DNA of 64,000 nucleotides from Macrostomum hystrix (GCA_950097015.1 CATNEN010000001.1:26102001-26166000); one strand, 5' to 3'; shown: positions 25,001-35,500, counted from the stretch's first letter. A program made the numbers and translations. Notes: a model not told the origin generated them from the letters alone.

Positions 25001-26000
25001 TAGCACCTGCGCGAAAGCGATGTTCGATGAGTGGGTTTGTCACTACGGAGCTCCAGGAACGATTCATTCCGACCAAGGAGCCAACTTTGAGTCACAAATG
25101 ATCAGCCATCTTTGTGCTAGTTTAAACACTAGGAAGACTCGCACGACCGCCTATCACCCTTCGGGAAACGGCCAAGTGGAAAGCTTCAACAAGACGCTGG
25201 CAACGGTAATTCGTGCTAACCTAGCCAATGAACCGGATCAGAGCCGATGGGATGATTTCGTCGCACCGACACTCCTGGCGTACCGCTCCAGTGTACATCG
25301 AGGCACCGGATACACACCGTTTTTCCTGCTGCATGGGCGGGAGATGAGTTTACCTGTGGACCTTGGTGCGACGCGGCCGCCTGACGTCGAACCGTACTGT
25401 GAAGAAGTGCAACGCCTGCGGGAGACTCTAGAAGCAGCCCATCAAGAAGTGTGGGAAAGGGCAAAGTCGTACCAACGAGTGCAAAACGATTGGCATGACC
25501 GCCAGGTTAGAGGACGCGAATTGGAGATAGGCGATGAGGTCTATGTCTATGACCCAGTCCTGAAACCAGGAGCCAAGTCCAAGCTTCACTCCCCCTGGAC
25601 GGGACCATGTGTTATTCTGGACAGGCTGACGGAGACGCGTTACCGAATTCGTCAGGAGGGAAGAAGGAAGCCCACTAAAGTCGTGCACTTTAGCAATTTG
25701 TTGCCGAAGTACAAGAAGGAGTCCAAAGACAACGCTGGACGGAAGCAGCGCGCTCGACGCGGACCGCAACCGGAGGAGGAGGCTGGGCAGGTAGACGAGA
25801 ATCGAGACGAGCAAGACGAGGAAGAGCAAGAAGAGCTAATGGAAACTGGATATCAGTGGCGGCGCCGAGAACCAGTGCAAGCCGAGGAGCCGGAGTATGT
25901 GCAACCGGATGCCCCGGATCTGGAGCCTGGTCCAGCCAGGGAGCGACCACGGCGACACTGCCAAGCCCCCCAACGCTACGGAGCGCCCGTCTACTACTAA
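22041..26000 (+). CDS. pol: Pol polyprotein: aspartic protease, reverse transcriptase, RNase H, integrase
   Basis: LLDSGS; LCVDYR, PFGL, YIDD; TDGS..GLGAVL; H-GHFG..C..C zinc finger and DDE core; open frame, with a possible short in-frame deletion at FIPQFAAPL. Confidence 0.97.
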   Translation: MGLPQGPGCPTTPVAAPQCGQAASEHYPSSKQQRSCRPRVEPPARIFHPVSVYVSVKIAEKELPGLLDSGSVMSLINEKIWLQLNKSVKLELSPLDTDLVSANGTPMKVLGCVSLPLQMGHEVLHTPIAVVQGVGYELLLGTDFLRRHGCLINFTEGVFIVNGSKIPIRETKHKPVVYRLYLNENIVIPANHEMTVSAKIRKTATQNSGVLGLAEPDNRTRSDEQPLMARSMCIIQAGNTLPVRFANVTDTELRLPKGSTIGWFRPAEPTQEVLAVSVDEGVPVAEAKVKSSDRWDPEAALNEHGSKHLTDVDKSRFLKLVSEFSDVFVESTAQLRTTEVVQHEIETKGDPVKQAPRRLPPHWRGEVDRQIDELLATDKIEPTQSPWSSPIVCVRKKDGELRLCVDYRELNDRTVKDVIAIPRVDDALEALKGAVVFSTLDLLSGYWQVAVKKEDQHKTAFVIPHRGQFAFKVLPFGLTNAPATFTRLMSMVLHDLLWKTALVYIDDIIIWSRTVDEHFNHLEAVLHRLRAANLKLKPSKCRFLADQVKFLGHVVSAAGINTDPEKNEEVEKWSTPRNIKELQSFLGLAGYYRNFIPQFAAPLFDLTKKDKMFIWGQEHDGAFERLKSELVGCRVMAYPNFDADAGEFILDTDGSTRQGLGAVLSQVQKDGTERVIAYGSRRLHGAEFNYCTTRIELLALVTFVEKFRYYLLGRRFRVRTDHSSLQWIRTMKQPEGQLARWMERLAPFDFSVEHRAGARHQNADSLSRKPTRKHQEIESCPSCKPPKPLEVRATTLLGVVNMEDLEAAQQADDDMEPVLSAFRRGIVPDQVPQGTSPKTRAIWAQKSQLELRDGVLVMRELGRHPARPVLPKSLAVEVLKALHAGHEGGHFGTAKTLDKIKSRFWKPGLKREVEEYIRRCDDCNRSKPRMRRKAPLTPIPSSQVFEKVMVDVVGPLPTSRRGNKYILTMQDAYSKWPVAIPIPDQLASTCAKAMFDEWVCHYGAPGTIHSDQGANFESQMISHLCASLNTRKTRTTAYHPSGNGQVESFNKTLATVIRANLANEPDQSRWDDFVAPTLLAYRSSVHRGTGYTPFFLLHGREMSLPVDLGATRPPDVEPYCEEVQRLRETLEAAHQEVWERAKSYQRVQNDWHDRQVRGRELEIGDEVYVYDPVLKPGAKSKLHSPWTGPCVILDRLTETRYRIRQEGRRKPTKVVHFSNLLPKYKKESKDNAGRKQRARRGPQPEEEAGQVDENRDEQDEEEQEELMETGYQWRRREPVQAEEPEYVQPDAPDLEPGPARERPRRHCQAPQRYGAPVYY

Positions 26001-26059
26001 GCCGATTAACACTAAGGCCCGGCCGACGGAAGCCGATGCTGAGTTATGAAGAAACCAAC

Positions 26060-26215
26060 ATTAATGCACCACCAATGCGTCATCAATTCACCACGAACGC
26101 GTCATCAATTCATCACGAATGCGTCATCAATGCACCACCAATGCGTCATCAATTCATCACCAAGGCATCCACAATGCATCATCATGTGGCCGCTACCATC
26201 ATTTGCGTCATCAAT
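26060..26215 (+). repeat. Cluster of ~6 GCGTCATCAA motifs between pol and ORF3
   Basis: Motifs at ~26078, 26099, 26121, 26143, 26175 (variant) and 26205. Confidence 0.75.
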
Positions 26216-26331
26216 CTCCCGACTAGCCTAACGGGTACCCCTATCGCCAGCTATTCTATCAGTGCGGTCGCCTACCAGATAGCGTCCCGACGATTAGCGG
26301 TCCAAGTCCCAAATGCACCCACCCGACGAAA

Positions 26332-27402
26332 ATGCGACCTGCGACCCAGGGTTCAGCGACCTCGAGGCTGCAGAACGATCCTATCCAAGGGTATATAGCG
26401 GGCCGGTGCCGTTTCAGGCATTGCTTTCCCGGGCTGGACCTCTATGGCGAGTTCGGAGTTTCCCCGTTCGCGACTGCGGATGAGTTGCGTCGTGCGTACC
26501 GGCGGGAGAGTCTGCGCCGACACCCGGACAAGTGCGGACCGCAGGGCACTGAGAGTTTCCAGAAACTCCAACATGCGAGTGCTATTTTGCTATGTCCATT
26601 TCGGCGAGCGCTGTATGACCGGTTCGGCCAGGAGGCGGTCTCGGACCCAATGACGTGTGCGAAATACTTTGTTCCTCCAGACGGGATGCAGGTCCCATAA
26701 GAGTTCGTCATCAATGTCGACTCACAGTCTGCGAGTTCTAACGAGGATGGCGAAGGCTTCTCGGAGGACCGGAGCAGCGAGCTCGATGAAGATTTGCCAG
26801 ACTACGAGGCCAGGCGCGCCTATGATTGGACGCAGCCGGAAGATAGCGAGCTCGGTGAAGATTAGCCAGACTACGAGACCAGGCGCACCTATGACTGGAC
26901 GCAGTCGGAAGAGGACGAACTCCTAGATGACTCGACGGAGGACGCTGAGATGGTACCCGACGAGCCGCCGGGAACATCTGAAGTCGGACCGGCAGTGGTT
27001 TCAGCTGTGGCCTGCGCGACTTACTCCAGCAGGTCGGAAGAAGAGCCTTGGGTTGGCGATGCAGCTCGGGAGAGGCTGCGTTTAAGAAAGCGAACCCAGC
27101 GCAACATCCTACAAGGAAGTTCAGCCGCCACGTTCCGCACGCTGGTAAAAATAGCCGCGCTGTGCCACTTGGAGCGGCGGGATCATCGGACAGAAATCAC
27201 GGTGCTCCTGACCCAGGTCCTGATGTTCATCAGTCGAGACGTCAGCAAAAAGTACCGCGGGCACGCCAAGCGAACCTGGCAGCGGCAGGCCTTCGAACGC
27301 AGCGCCAAGTTCATCGCAAGTGTCGCGATCCCGACGTTTGAGCTGCACAATGGAGGACGTCTGCTAGGGCTGCTGCGTAGCGTGGCTTGGGCGGCCGTGT
27401 AG
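26332..27402 (+). pseudogene. Retrotransposon ORF3: DnaJ J-domain, acidic linker and unknown C-terminal domain; two in-frame stops
   Basis: DLYGEFGVSPFATADELRRAYRRESLRRHPDK...RRALYDRFG; ORFs 26332-26700 and 26950-27402 share a frame, separated by TAA 26698 and TAG 26863. Confidence 0.8.
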
Positions 27403-27886
27403 CGGGGTGACGGGACGGATATCTCGGCTTGCCGTGGGCCCTTCTTCCATCACACCTCTCCTTATCATCATTAATTAATTTTTTCGTTTCGTTCGTTATT
27501 TTTCGTTGTCCCATACCATATGATTACCGGGAATGACCCCAAAGAGAAAAAATTTGTGCGGCAGCAAAAGTGCCGTCGGCGAAGTGCCGGATGATGATTT
27601 CAACCTGGTAACGACCGGCCTGGTGCGGACCTCGACCTGGTAATGACTGGCCTGGTGACCTGGTGATGCCATAGTGAGACCAGTTGATGATCCTATTTGG
27701 CGGGCACATCAAGCACATCGAGACACCTCCTGTCGGACGACCTAGATCCATTATGTACTGTATGCTGCTAGCTATTACGTGCTGTGGAATTGCCATGGCA
27801 TACCATTTTTTATTGACAATTTTCCATTACCTATTGACAATAATCATTGCTATCGTGTTTTTTATGGTGCTTCGGTCATTTTTTTT

Positions 27887-27897
27887 GAGGGGAAGAG
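27887..27897 (+). promoter_or_regulatory. Polypurine tract
   Basis: GAGGGGAAGAG immediately before the 3' LTR TG, preceded by a T-run. Confidence 0.9.
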
Positions 27898-28116
27898 TGT
27901 TGTGAGCTGCGTCTCATAACGACCTTGCCCCGGCCCCTGCGTCTCCAGCCCTTCCACCCCAGCCGCCTGCTCAATCCGGTTCTGCCCGGCGCCGGCTTAG
28001 GCCACCCTCCGTTGACGTGTTTGTCGTTTGTCATTCGCCCATTGGCTGTCCCCTGTGCCGTCCTCGCTAGTCCAATCAGGCGGCTTCTGATTGGCTAGCC
28101 GGTCTCCTTCTCTCTC
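27898..28116 (+). repeat. 3' LTR, left part (interrupted by the Polinton)
   Basis: Matches 20116-20347 with a few SNPs and a ~13-bp deletion. Confidence 0.95.
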
Positions 28117-29111
28117 AGTAGTATGCAAGAGGGGGCTTCTAGGACAAAAATAATCGCAGCCTCCATTATCCACAAACCATTACTTTTATTATTCCCGAAG
28201 AGATCAGGAAAAAAGGGTCCCCGCCTCTCTCTAAAACACTCCGTCTCCATATTCTAAATTCTCTACTTTTAATATTCCACATCAGTTTGTGAGTTGAATA
28301 TCTAGGACAAAAATTATCGCAGCCTCCTTAATGCACAAACCATTACCTTTATTCTTCCCGAAGGTTCCCCGCCAAAAAAAATCTGTCTCTACAGTTTGTG
28401 AACTTGGACAAAACAAATTATCGCAGCCACTCCCTAAGAGATCATGCACAAAATAGTGAACCTGCAAAAAGCGTGCCAAGACAATCAAATTAGCACTAAA
28501 ATCCCAATCCCCAAACTCAAGACCCCAAACCTAGGGTGCTCATCCTCCGAAAAAAAATTATATTCTCATTAAAAATGCTCCCAATCGTCTCTCCAGGATC
28601 TTATTACAAAAGTCATGAGCCTAATTACAAGAGTAAATACCGATGCAAACAAGAATGCAGCGAGTACATGAGAAAATATTGGCCCGGCGTTGATATCAAC
28701 GTCCCTAATATTAATCTAGCTCTCCAAAGACACTGGTTTCATGAGTATGGAGTAACCATAAAGGACTATGACAGCTACTATAACTTTGCAGAAATCATTA
28801 AGCAGCTTACATTCTCTCAATGATCAACGTCAATACAAACTCTTCACCGTTGAAATCAACGCCAACACCATCTTCCGTCTCAAACTGCAGCACAATCTCG
28901 TGAATCTCCTTATTACTTAGCACAACTCTTTTCACTGGATTTGGTTTCTCTACCAGCATCTGTCCTCCAGCAACAGAGTTTGAGATGTTGTACAAAATAT
29001 TCGTTCGCTTTCCCTTAAATACCCAATCACGACTGAGATTACTTCTGATTAGAATATTCAAACCCTTGACAATGTCTGCGATATTGGGTGCTAAGAACAG
29101 ACCGTTTAGCA
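28117..29111 (+). repeat. Left terminal inverted repeat (995 bp)
   Basis: Reverse complement of 42355-43349 (paired coordinates sum to 71466), about 3 mismatches seen; internal GGACAAAA..TATCGCAGCC-like direct repeats at ~28140, 28303 and 28407. Confidence 0.95.
28575..28823 (+). CDS. Hypothetical 82-aa TIR-encoded protein
   Basis: AAAAATG start like other genes of the element; MLPIVSPGSYYKSH...TFSQ; mirror copy at 42643-42891. Confidence 0.55.
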   Translation: MLPIVSPGSYYKSHEPNYKSKYRCKQECSEYMRKYWPGVDINVPNINLALQRHWFHEYGVTIKDYDSYYNFAEIIKQLTFSQ

Positions 29112-29652
29112 GGGTCCTCGAAACCAAATCCAGTGAAAAGAGTTGTGCTTCCGCCTTATAAACTTTCTTCTCGAATCCCAATTCCCTATACCATGTGTCA
29201 TCTTTAAATCCAACCTCAGCATCTTTGTGAACTTGCATGACCACTCTCATTACAGTGAGATCATAGGATAGTTTGACAGGGAACAGTTTAGTCTCTGGCT
29301 TGCTTTCATTAGGTGTCTCAAAATGGCCTCTTTTAGTAAAACCACTTTCTAGAAAGTAATTGTAGGTATCCACACTTTGTGTGCTCACAGGGAATACCAC
29401 AGCTTCTGCTGCTGCACCTTTCCATTTGTAATGAAACTTATTATTTGCTGCTGTCACATTGGGAACGTTTGACCAACCAGTGAAGTCGTTAAGATATACA
29501 TGGTAATTAGCACTTGGATCCAGACGAATCGCCTGCTCTAATTTTTCAACAAATATCCCGTTTGAGTCATTAATTCGCCCAGCTATTGTAATAGGAATGC
29601 TCTCCTTAGAGTGAGAAATAATATTATTTAGTCTTTCAGCAATCGCTTCCAT
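28807..29652 (-). CDS. Minor capsid protein (penton, single jelly-roll), 281 aa
   Basis: Beta-rich; C-terminal EIVLQFETEDGVGVDFNGEEFVLTLII resembles Polinton pentons; adjacent to the MCP gene. Confidence 0.8.
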   Translation of the reverse strand: MEAIAERLNNIISHSKESIPITIAGRINDSNGIFVEKLEQAIRLDPSANYHVYLNDFTGWSNVPNVTAANNKFHYKWKGAAAEAVVFPVSTQSVDTYNYFLESGFTKRGHFETPNESKPETKLFPVKLSYDLTVMRVVMQVHKDAEVGFKDDTWYRELGFEKKVYKAEAQLFSLDLVSRTLLNGLFLAPNIADIVKGLNILIRSNLSRDWVFKGKRTNILYNISNSVAGGQMLVEKPNPVKRVVLSNKEIHEIVLQFETEDGVGVDFNGEEFVLTLIIERM

Positions 29653-29675
29653 TTTTCAGCCCCGAAAAAAAATAT

Positions 29676-30962
29676 TTAAACTTTACTGGATGAATTGTTG
29701 ATCATGTTAAGCTTCACCTTCCTCTCGAACGCATAGATAATGTACAGGTCAACAGCAGTTGCGGCAGTCCTCTCAATGTTAGTCACGATATTCACAGGGC
29801 TGTTATCAGTAGGCATTTGTCTGGCAGACACATCAGCGCCAAACATCGGATAAAGAGTTCCATATTGAAGAGCAGTGATAGCAATTCCATTGTTCTCTTT
29901 TACAGCCAAGTCGACCAACTCGCTGTAAAATTTGCTAATCTTGTTCTGACTGAAATTTCCATTTTGTGGCAGTGCAGGGTAAAGATTATAACTGATTTCA
30001 TGCTGAATGGACCGCACATCTCCATGCATGTAGCGTATAATGTTATTTGGGTTTCTCAGGTTAATAATAATATACCTTGGATTGCTGCATGATCCCTCTT
30101 TAATGCAGATGTTTGTTCTGGTTTCGTTTCGCTCATCTCGACACATGTAGGCCGTGTAGGCGACATCAATGTCCTTCTCTATGGCCTTGAGATAATCTGC
30201 TTTTAGTGCGGTCTTTGGCTCAATGACTTCCAAATACAGTTCGATTCCGGTTAGCTTCACTTCCATCCTAGTGTGGTCCGCCCCAGTCCACAACACTCTA
30301 CTGCGATCATCTCTAGTCATCTTAAAGGTGTAGCTGAAGTTACTAGTCAGTCGATTAAATGTATTACAGAATCCACTCATGAATCTCAGTGGTATGAATA
30401 CATCAACAGACCGATACAGCGGGTTCTTAGCAGCATCATCAGCACCTTGCAACGCATAGTTGTATCTCTTCTTCCTCTTTTTATAGCCACTGTCATTGAT
30501 ATCTCCTTCTTTTTCATCTGCAATGAAACCCGCACCACTCCCCAACTGAATAAAATCTGGATTCTCGATCAAACAATGAGCGTCATAGACAATTCCAAAG
30601 TTGGCGATTCGCTCCAACTCTGTGCTCCCATTCGATACACTAAACTCCTTGAACATGTACGCCCAAAAGTTACTGATCAGAGCCACATCTGCATCATGCT
30701 TGTCAACGTTAGCATGAGCTGCATCCGCACCTCCCTTTGTCTTGAATTGAAATGTCATATGGAAGCCGCTCTTAAGACTGTGCACACTAACCAGAGACGA
30801 ACATCCATTGTAGGTGAATGTCAGTGTTTGACCAGGACCAAGATTAGTTTCATTCTGATTTTCCTGACTGGGAACTCTTACTTGAGTCGCTTTGATTGTG
30901 CTATCATCACTCAAAATAGGCTTGTTAATTTTGTAGAAAACTGGTGTCAGTGGGTCGTTCAT
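29676..30962 (-). CDS. Major capsid protein (double jelly-roll), 428 aa
   Basis: Size; VFIPLRFMSGFC, IELYLEVI and LYPMFGADVS motifs resemble Polinton MCPs; genomic context. Confidence 0.82.
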   Translation of the reverse strand: MNDPLTPVFYKINKPILSDDSTIKATQVRVPSQENQNETNLGPGQTLTFTYNGCSSLVSVHSLKSGFHMTFQFKTKGGADAAHANVDKHDADVALISNFWAYMFKEFSVSNGSTELERIANFGIVYDAHCLIENPDFIQLGSGAGFIADEKEGDINDSGYKKRKKRYNYALQGADDAAKNPLYRSVDVFIPLRFMSGFCNTFNRLTSNFSYTFKMTRDDRSRVLWTGADHTRMEVKLTGIELYLEVIEPKTALKADYLKAIEKDIDVAYTAYMCRDERNETRTNICIKEGSCSNPRYIIINLRNPNNIIRYMHGDVRSIQHEISYNLYPALPQNGNFSQNKISKFYSELVDLAVKENNGIAITALQYGTLYPMFGADVSARQMPTDNSPVNIVTNIERTAATAVDLYIIYAFERKVKLNMINNSSSKV

Positions 30963-30993
30963 TTTTTTAAACTAAAAAAAAATAAAATAAAAA

Positions 30994-32142
30994 ATGAAGC
31001 GAAAAAGTGCGCAACAAATATCTGAATTGGAGAAGCTAGCACAAGCAGAAAAGAGAGTTACCGGGCTAATCAATAAGGAGCAACAATCCTACAATGAGTT
31101 TGTCCAAGCAGCCACAGAGTTTCATAAACCTGGGTATGGAGAAGCTAAGAAAAATATTGATCAAGTCAAAGAAACTATTGACGACATACAGGAAACCCAG
31201 GTGCAAAAGGCTTTGGACAAAATTCCAGAAGCACCGCAGATACAACAATCTGCAGAATCGCATCAATCACTAAAAGTAACGGATAACATTTTTGGACCAG
31301 TAGAACGCGCAGAACATGATGGGAAATATGTATTTGGAATAAGCATGTGGAGAAAAAACATTTATAATGAACCAGTGGAATATTATATCGACATAAACAA
31401 GAACCATATTTCTGTTGTCAAAGGCTCAGAAACTAAGAGCATAATTTACACAGAAACCTTACTGAATTTTATGACTAAGAACCAAGAGAAAATTTCGGAC
31501 AAGCAGCTAAAGAACTATAGAGATCTAGTGAGTTTTGCTCTTGCTAGAGATATAGAAATACTAAAGGTCCCACAAGTTCTGAAAATAATGCATGACAACG
31601 GTGTCATCCTGACTAGATTCAAAAAGTACAAGCATTTTAAACAATGGTTTGGTTTGCCAGATCAAGAAGATGCCATAAAATATCTAGAACAGCAACCGCC
31701 ACAGCAGCAACCGCCACAGCAGCAACCGCCACAGCAGCAACAAACAATCAAACCCGAAGACGTACTCAGTGCCCTTGAAAATGCAGATCCGACTCAAGTA
31801 GCTAAATATAAAAATGATCACCCGGATGCCTGGCAACAACTAGAAAATTTCTCCCCAGCTCAAATGAATAAAGTCAAAGCAAGAGTGTTCACACCACAAC
31901 AAAGACCAGTTGAGAGTTCACCCCAGTCCTCCACCGACCAGTCCTCCACTGACCAATCATTTCAAGGAAAAGGAATTTCTGACATCTATAAACGAGTGGC
32001 TGTTCTTCTTGGAGCTGCAAAGACTGGCATGAAAGACGAAAATAGAAAAGAATTTGTCAACATCCTGGACAAAATGATGGAAAAGAAGTATATCGACAAA
32101 CGGGCAAGAGAGCTTCTGCTTTCACGTTTTAACAAAAAATAA
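30994..32142 (+). CDS. Polinton-associated hypothetical protein (382 aa)
   Basis: Intact ORF; N-terminal coiled coil ending FHKP; QQPP repeat; C-terminal GKG...KRVAVLLGAAKTG...EFVNILDKM resembles a recurrent Polinton protein family (from memory). Confidence 0.75.
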   Translation: MKRKSAQQISELEKLAQAEKRVTGLINKEQQSYNEFVQAATEFHKPGYGEAKKNIDQVKETIDDIQETQVQKALDKIPEAPQIQQSAESHQSLKVTDNIFGPVERAEHDGKYVFGISMWRKNIYNEPVEYYIDINKNHISVVKGSETKSIIYTETLLNFMTKNQEKISDKQLKNYRDLVSFALARDIEILKVPQVLKIMHDNGVILTRFKKYKHFKQWFGLPDQEDAIKYLEQQPPQQQPPQQQPPQQQQTIKPEDVLSALENADPTQVAKYKNDHPDAWQQLENFSPAQMNKVKARVFTPQQRPVESSPQSSTDQSSTDQSFQGKGISDIYKRVAVLLGAAKTGMKDENRKEFVNILDKMMEKKYIDKRARELLLSRFNKK

Positions 32143-32159
32143 TTTCTTCCCTAATAAAA

Positions 32160-32543
32160 ATGCCGATTATTTTCGAAAATGACGTGGACAAATACTATGA
32201 CAAGGAGGAACTTAATCTAATTAAGCGTGGATCCGGACTTTTCCCGGCAGGCCACTATCCGAGGAAAGAACGCTCCGGGAATGGTCTTGCTGACATGATT
32301 GCACAGGGTGCTCGGGTCTTTAAAGTCATTAGTGAGAACAAAGATAATATTAAGAACGCGGCAGAATCAGTGGGAAGCGTTGTCACTGCGGCTAAAAAGA
32401 TAAAGGATACTGTAACACAAGATATTCAGCCACCATTGGCCCCGCTGGCTCCGCTGGCCCCGAATCCAGACAGTGTGGACCCTGCAATCTACGAGAAGAT
32501 GAGAGCTAGCATTAAAAAAGGAAGTGGTTTCAAATTTGACTAA
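32160..32543 (+). CDS. Small putative virion core protein (127 aa)
   Basis: AAAAATG start; RGSGLF, SGNGLA and KGSGFK GxG motifs typical of Polinton core/cleavage-substrate proteins. Confidence 0.65.
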   Translation: MPIIFENDVDKYYDKEELNLIKRGSGLFPAGHYPRKERSGNGLADMIAQGARVFKVISENKDNIKNAAESVGSVVTAAKKIKDTVTQDIQPPLAPLAPLAPNPDSVDPAIYEKMRASIKKGSGFKFD

Positions 32544-32585
32544 AGGGTGCTTTTCGAGGGTACAAGACATGTAAGGGTACAAGAC

Positions 32586-35500
32586 TAGTCCCAAAAAGAC
32601 ACATCTAAGTCCTAAATAGACACATCTAAGTCCTAGACACATCTAAGTCCCAAATAGACACATCTAAGTCCCAAATAGACACATCTAAGTCCCAAAAAGA
32701 CACATCTAAGTCCCAAATAGACACATCTAAGTCCCAAATAGACACATCTAAGTCCCAAATAGACACATCTAAGTCCTAAATAGACACATCTAAGTCCCAA
32801 AAAGACACATCTAAGTCCCAAAAAGACACATCTAAGTCCTAAATAGACACATCTAAGTCCTAAATAGACTTAGTCCTAAATAGACACATCTAAGTCCTAA
32901 ATAGACACATCTAAGTCCTAGACACATCTAAGTCCCAAATAGACACATCTAAGTCCCAAATAGACACATCTAAGTCCCAAATAGACACATCTAAGTCCCA
33001 AATAGACACATCTAAGTCCCAAAAAGACACATCTAAGTCCCAAATAGACACATCTAAGTCCCAAATAGACACATCTAAGTCCTAAATAGACACATCTAAG
33101 TCCCAAAAAGACACATCTAAGTCCCAAAAAGACACATCTAAGTCCTAAATAGACACATCTAAGTCCTAAATAGACATATCTAAGTCCCAAATAGACACAT
33201 CTAAGTCCCAAATAGACACATCTAAGTCCCAAATAGACACATTTAAGTCCCAAATAGACACATCTAAGTCCCAAATAGACACATCTAAGTCCCAAATAGA
33301 CACATCTAAGTCCCAAATAGACACATCTAAGTCCCAAAAAGACACATCTAAGTCCCAAATAGACACATCTAAGTCCCAAATAGACACATCTAAGTCCCAA
33401 ATAGACACATCTAAGTCCTAGACACATCTAAGTCCCAAATAGACACATCTAAGTCCCAAATAGACACATCTAAGTCCCAAATAGACACATCTAAGTCCCA
33501 AATAGACACATCTAAGTCCCAAATAGACACATCTAAGTCCCAAATAGACACATCTAAGTCCTAAATAGACACATCTAAGTCCCAAAAAGACACATCTAAG
33601 TCCCAAAAAGACACATCTAAGTCCTAAATAGACACATCTAAGTCCTAAATAGACATATCTAAGTCCTAAATAGACACATCTAAGTCCTAAATAGACACAT
33701 CTAAGTCCCAAAAAGACACATCTAAGTCCCAAATAGACACATCTAAGTCCCAAAAAGACACATCTAAGTCCCAAAAAGACACATCTAAGTCCTAAATAGA
33801 CACATCTAAGTCCTAAATAGACATATCTAAGTCCTAAATAGACACATCTAAGTCCTAAATAGACATATCTAAGTCCTAAATAGACACATCTAAGTCCCAA
33901 AAAGACACATCTAAGTCCCAAATAGACACATCTAAGTCCTAAATAGACACATCTAAGTCCCAAAAAGACACATCTAAGTCCTAAATAGACACATCTAAGT
34001 CCTAAATAGACACATCTAAGTCCCAAAAAGACACATCTAAGTCCCAAATAGACACATCTAAGTCCTAGACACATCTAAGTCCCAAATAGACACATCTAAG
34101 TCCCAAAAAGACACATCTAAGTCCCAAATAGACACATCTAAGTCCTAAATAGACACATCTAAGTCCCAAAAAGACACATCTAAGTCCCAAATAGACACAT
34201 CTAAGTCCCAAATAGACACATCTAAGTCCCAAATAGACACATCTAAGTCCTAGACACATCTAAGTCCCAAATAGACACATCTAAGTCCCAAAAAGACACA
34301 TCTAAGTCCCAAATAGACACATCTAAGTCCTAAATAGACACATCTAAGTCCCAAAAAGACACATCTAAGTCCCAAAAGACACATCTAAGTCCCAAAAAGA
34401 CACATCTAAGTCCCAAATAGACACATCTAAGTCCTAAATAGACACATCTAAGTCCCAAAAAGACACATCTAAGTCCTAAATAGACACATCTAAGTCCTAA
34501 ATAGACACATCTAAGTCCCAAAAAGACACATCTAAGTCCTAAATAGACACATCTAAGTCCTAGACACATCTAAGTCCCAAATAGACACATCTAAGTCCCA
34601 AATAGACACATCTAAGTCCCAAAAAGACACATCTAAGTCCCAAAAAGACACATCTAAGTCCCAAATAGACACATCTAAGTCCTAAATAGACACATCTAAG
34701 TCCCAAATAGACACATCTAAGTCCCAAATAGACACATCTAAGTCCTAAATAGACACATCTAAGTCCCAAAAAGACACATCTAAGTCCCAAAAAGACACAT
34801 CTAAGTCCTAAATAGACACATCTAAGTCCTAAATAGACATATCTAAGTCCTAAATAGACACATCTAAGTCCTAAATAGACATATCTAAGTCCCAAATAGA
34901 CATATCTAAGTCCTAAATAGACACATCTAAGTCCTAAATAGACATATCTAAGTCCCAAATAGACACATCTAAGTCCTAGACACATCTAAGTCCTAAATAG
35001 ACACATCTAAGTCCTAGACACATCTAAGTCCCAAATAGACACATCTAAGTCCCAAAAAGACACATCTAAGTCCCAAATAGACACATCTAAGTCCCAAAAA
35101 GACACATCTAAGTCCCAAATAGACACATCTAAGTCCCAAATAGACACATCTAAGTCCCAAAAAGACACATCTAAGTCCCAAATAGACACATCTAAGTCCC
35201 AAATAGACACATCTAAGTCCTAAATAGACACATCTAAGTCCCAAAAAGACACATCTAAGTCCCAAAAAGACACATCTAAGTCCCAAATAGACACATCTAA
35301 GTCCTAAATAGACATATCTAAGTCCTAAATAGACACATCTAAGTCCCAAATAGACATATCTAAGTCCCAAATAGACATATCTAAGTCCTAAATAGACACA
35401 TCTAAGTCCTAAATAGACATATCTAAGTCCCAAATAGACACATCTAAGTCCTAGACACATCTAAGTCCTAAATAGACACATCTAAGTCCTAGACACATCT

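Noticed and set aside
26332-27905. env gene
   Set aside because: No signal peptide, furin site or fusion-peptide/TM architecture; the region encodes a J-domain ORF instead
30273-31025. 250-aa plus-strand ORF
   Set aside because: Antisense shadow of the major capsid gene
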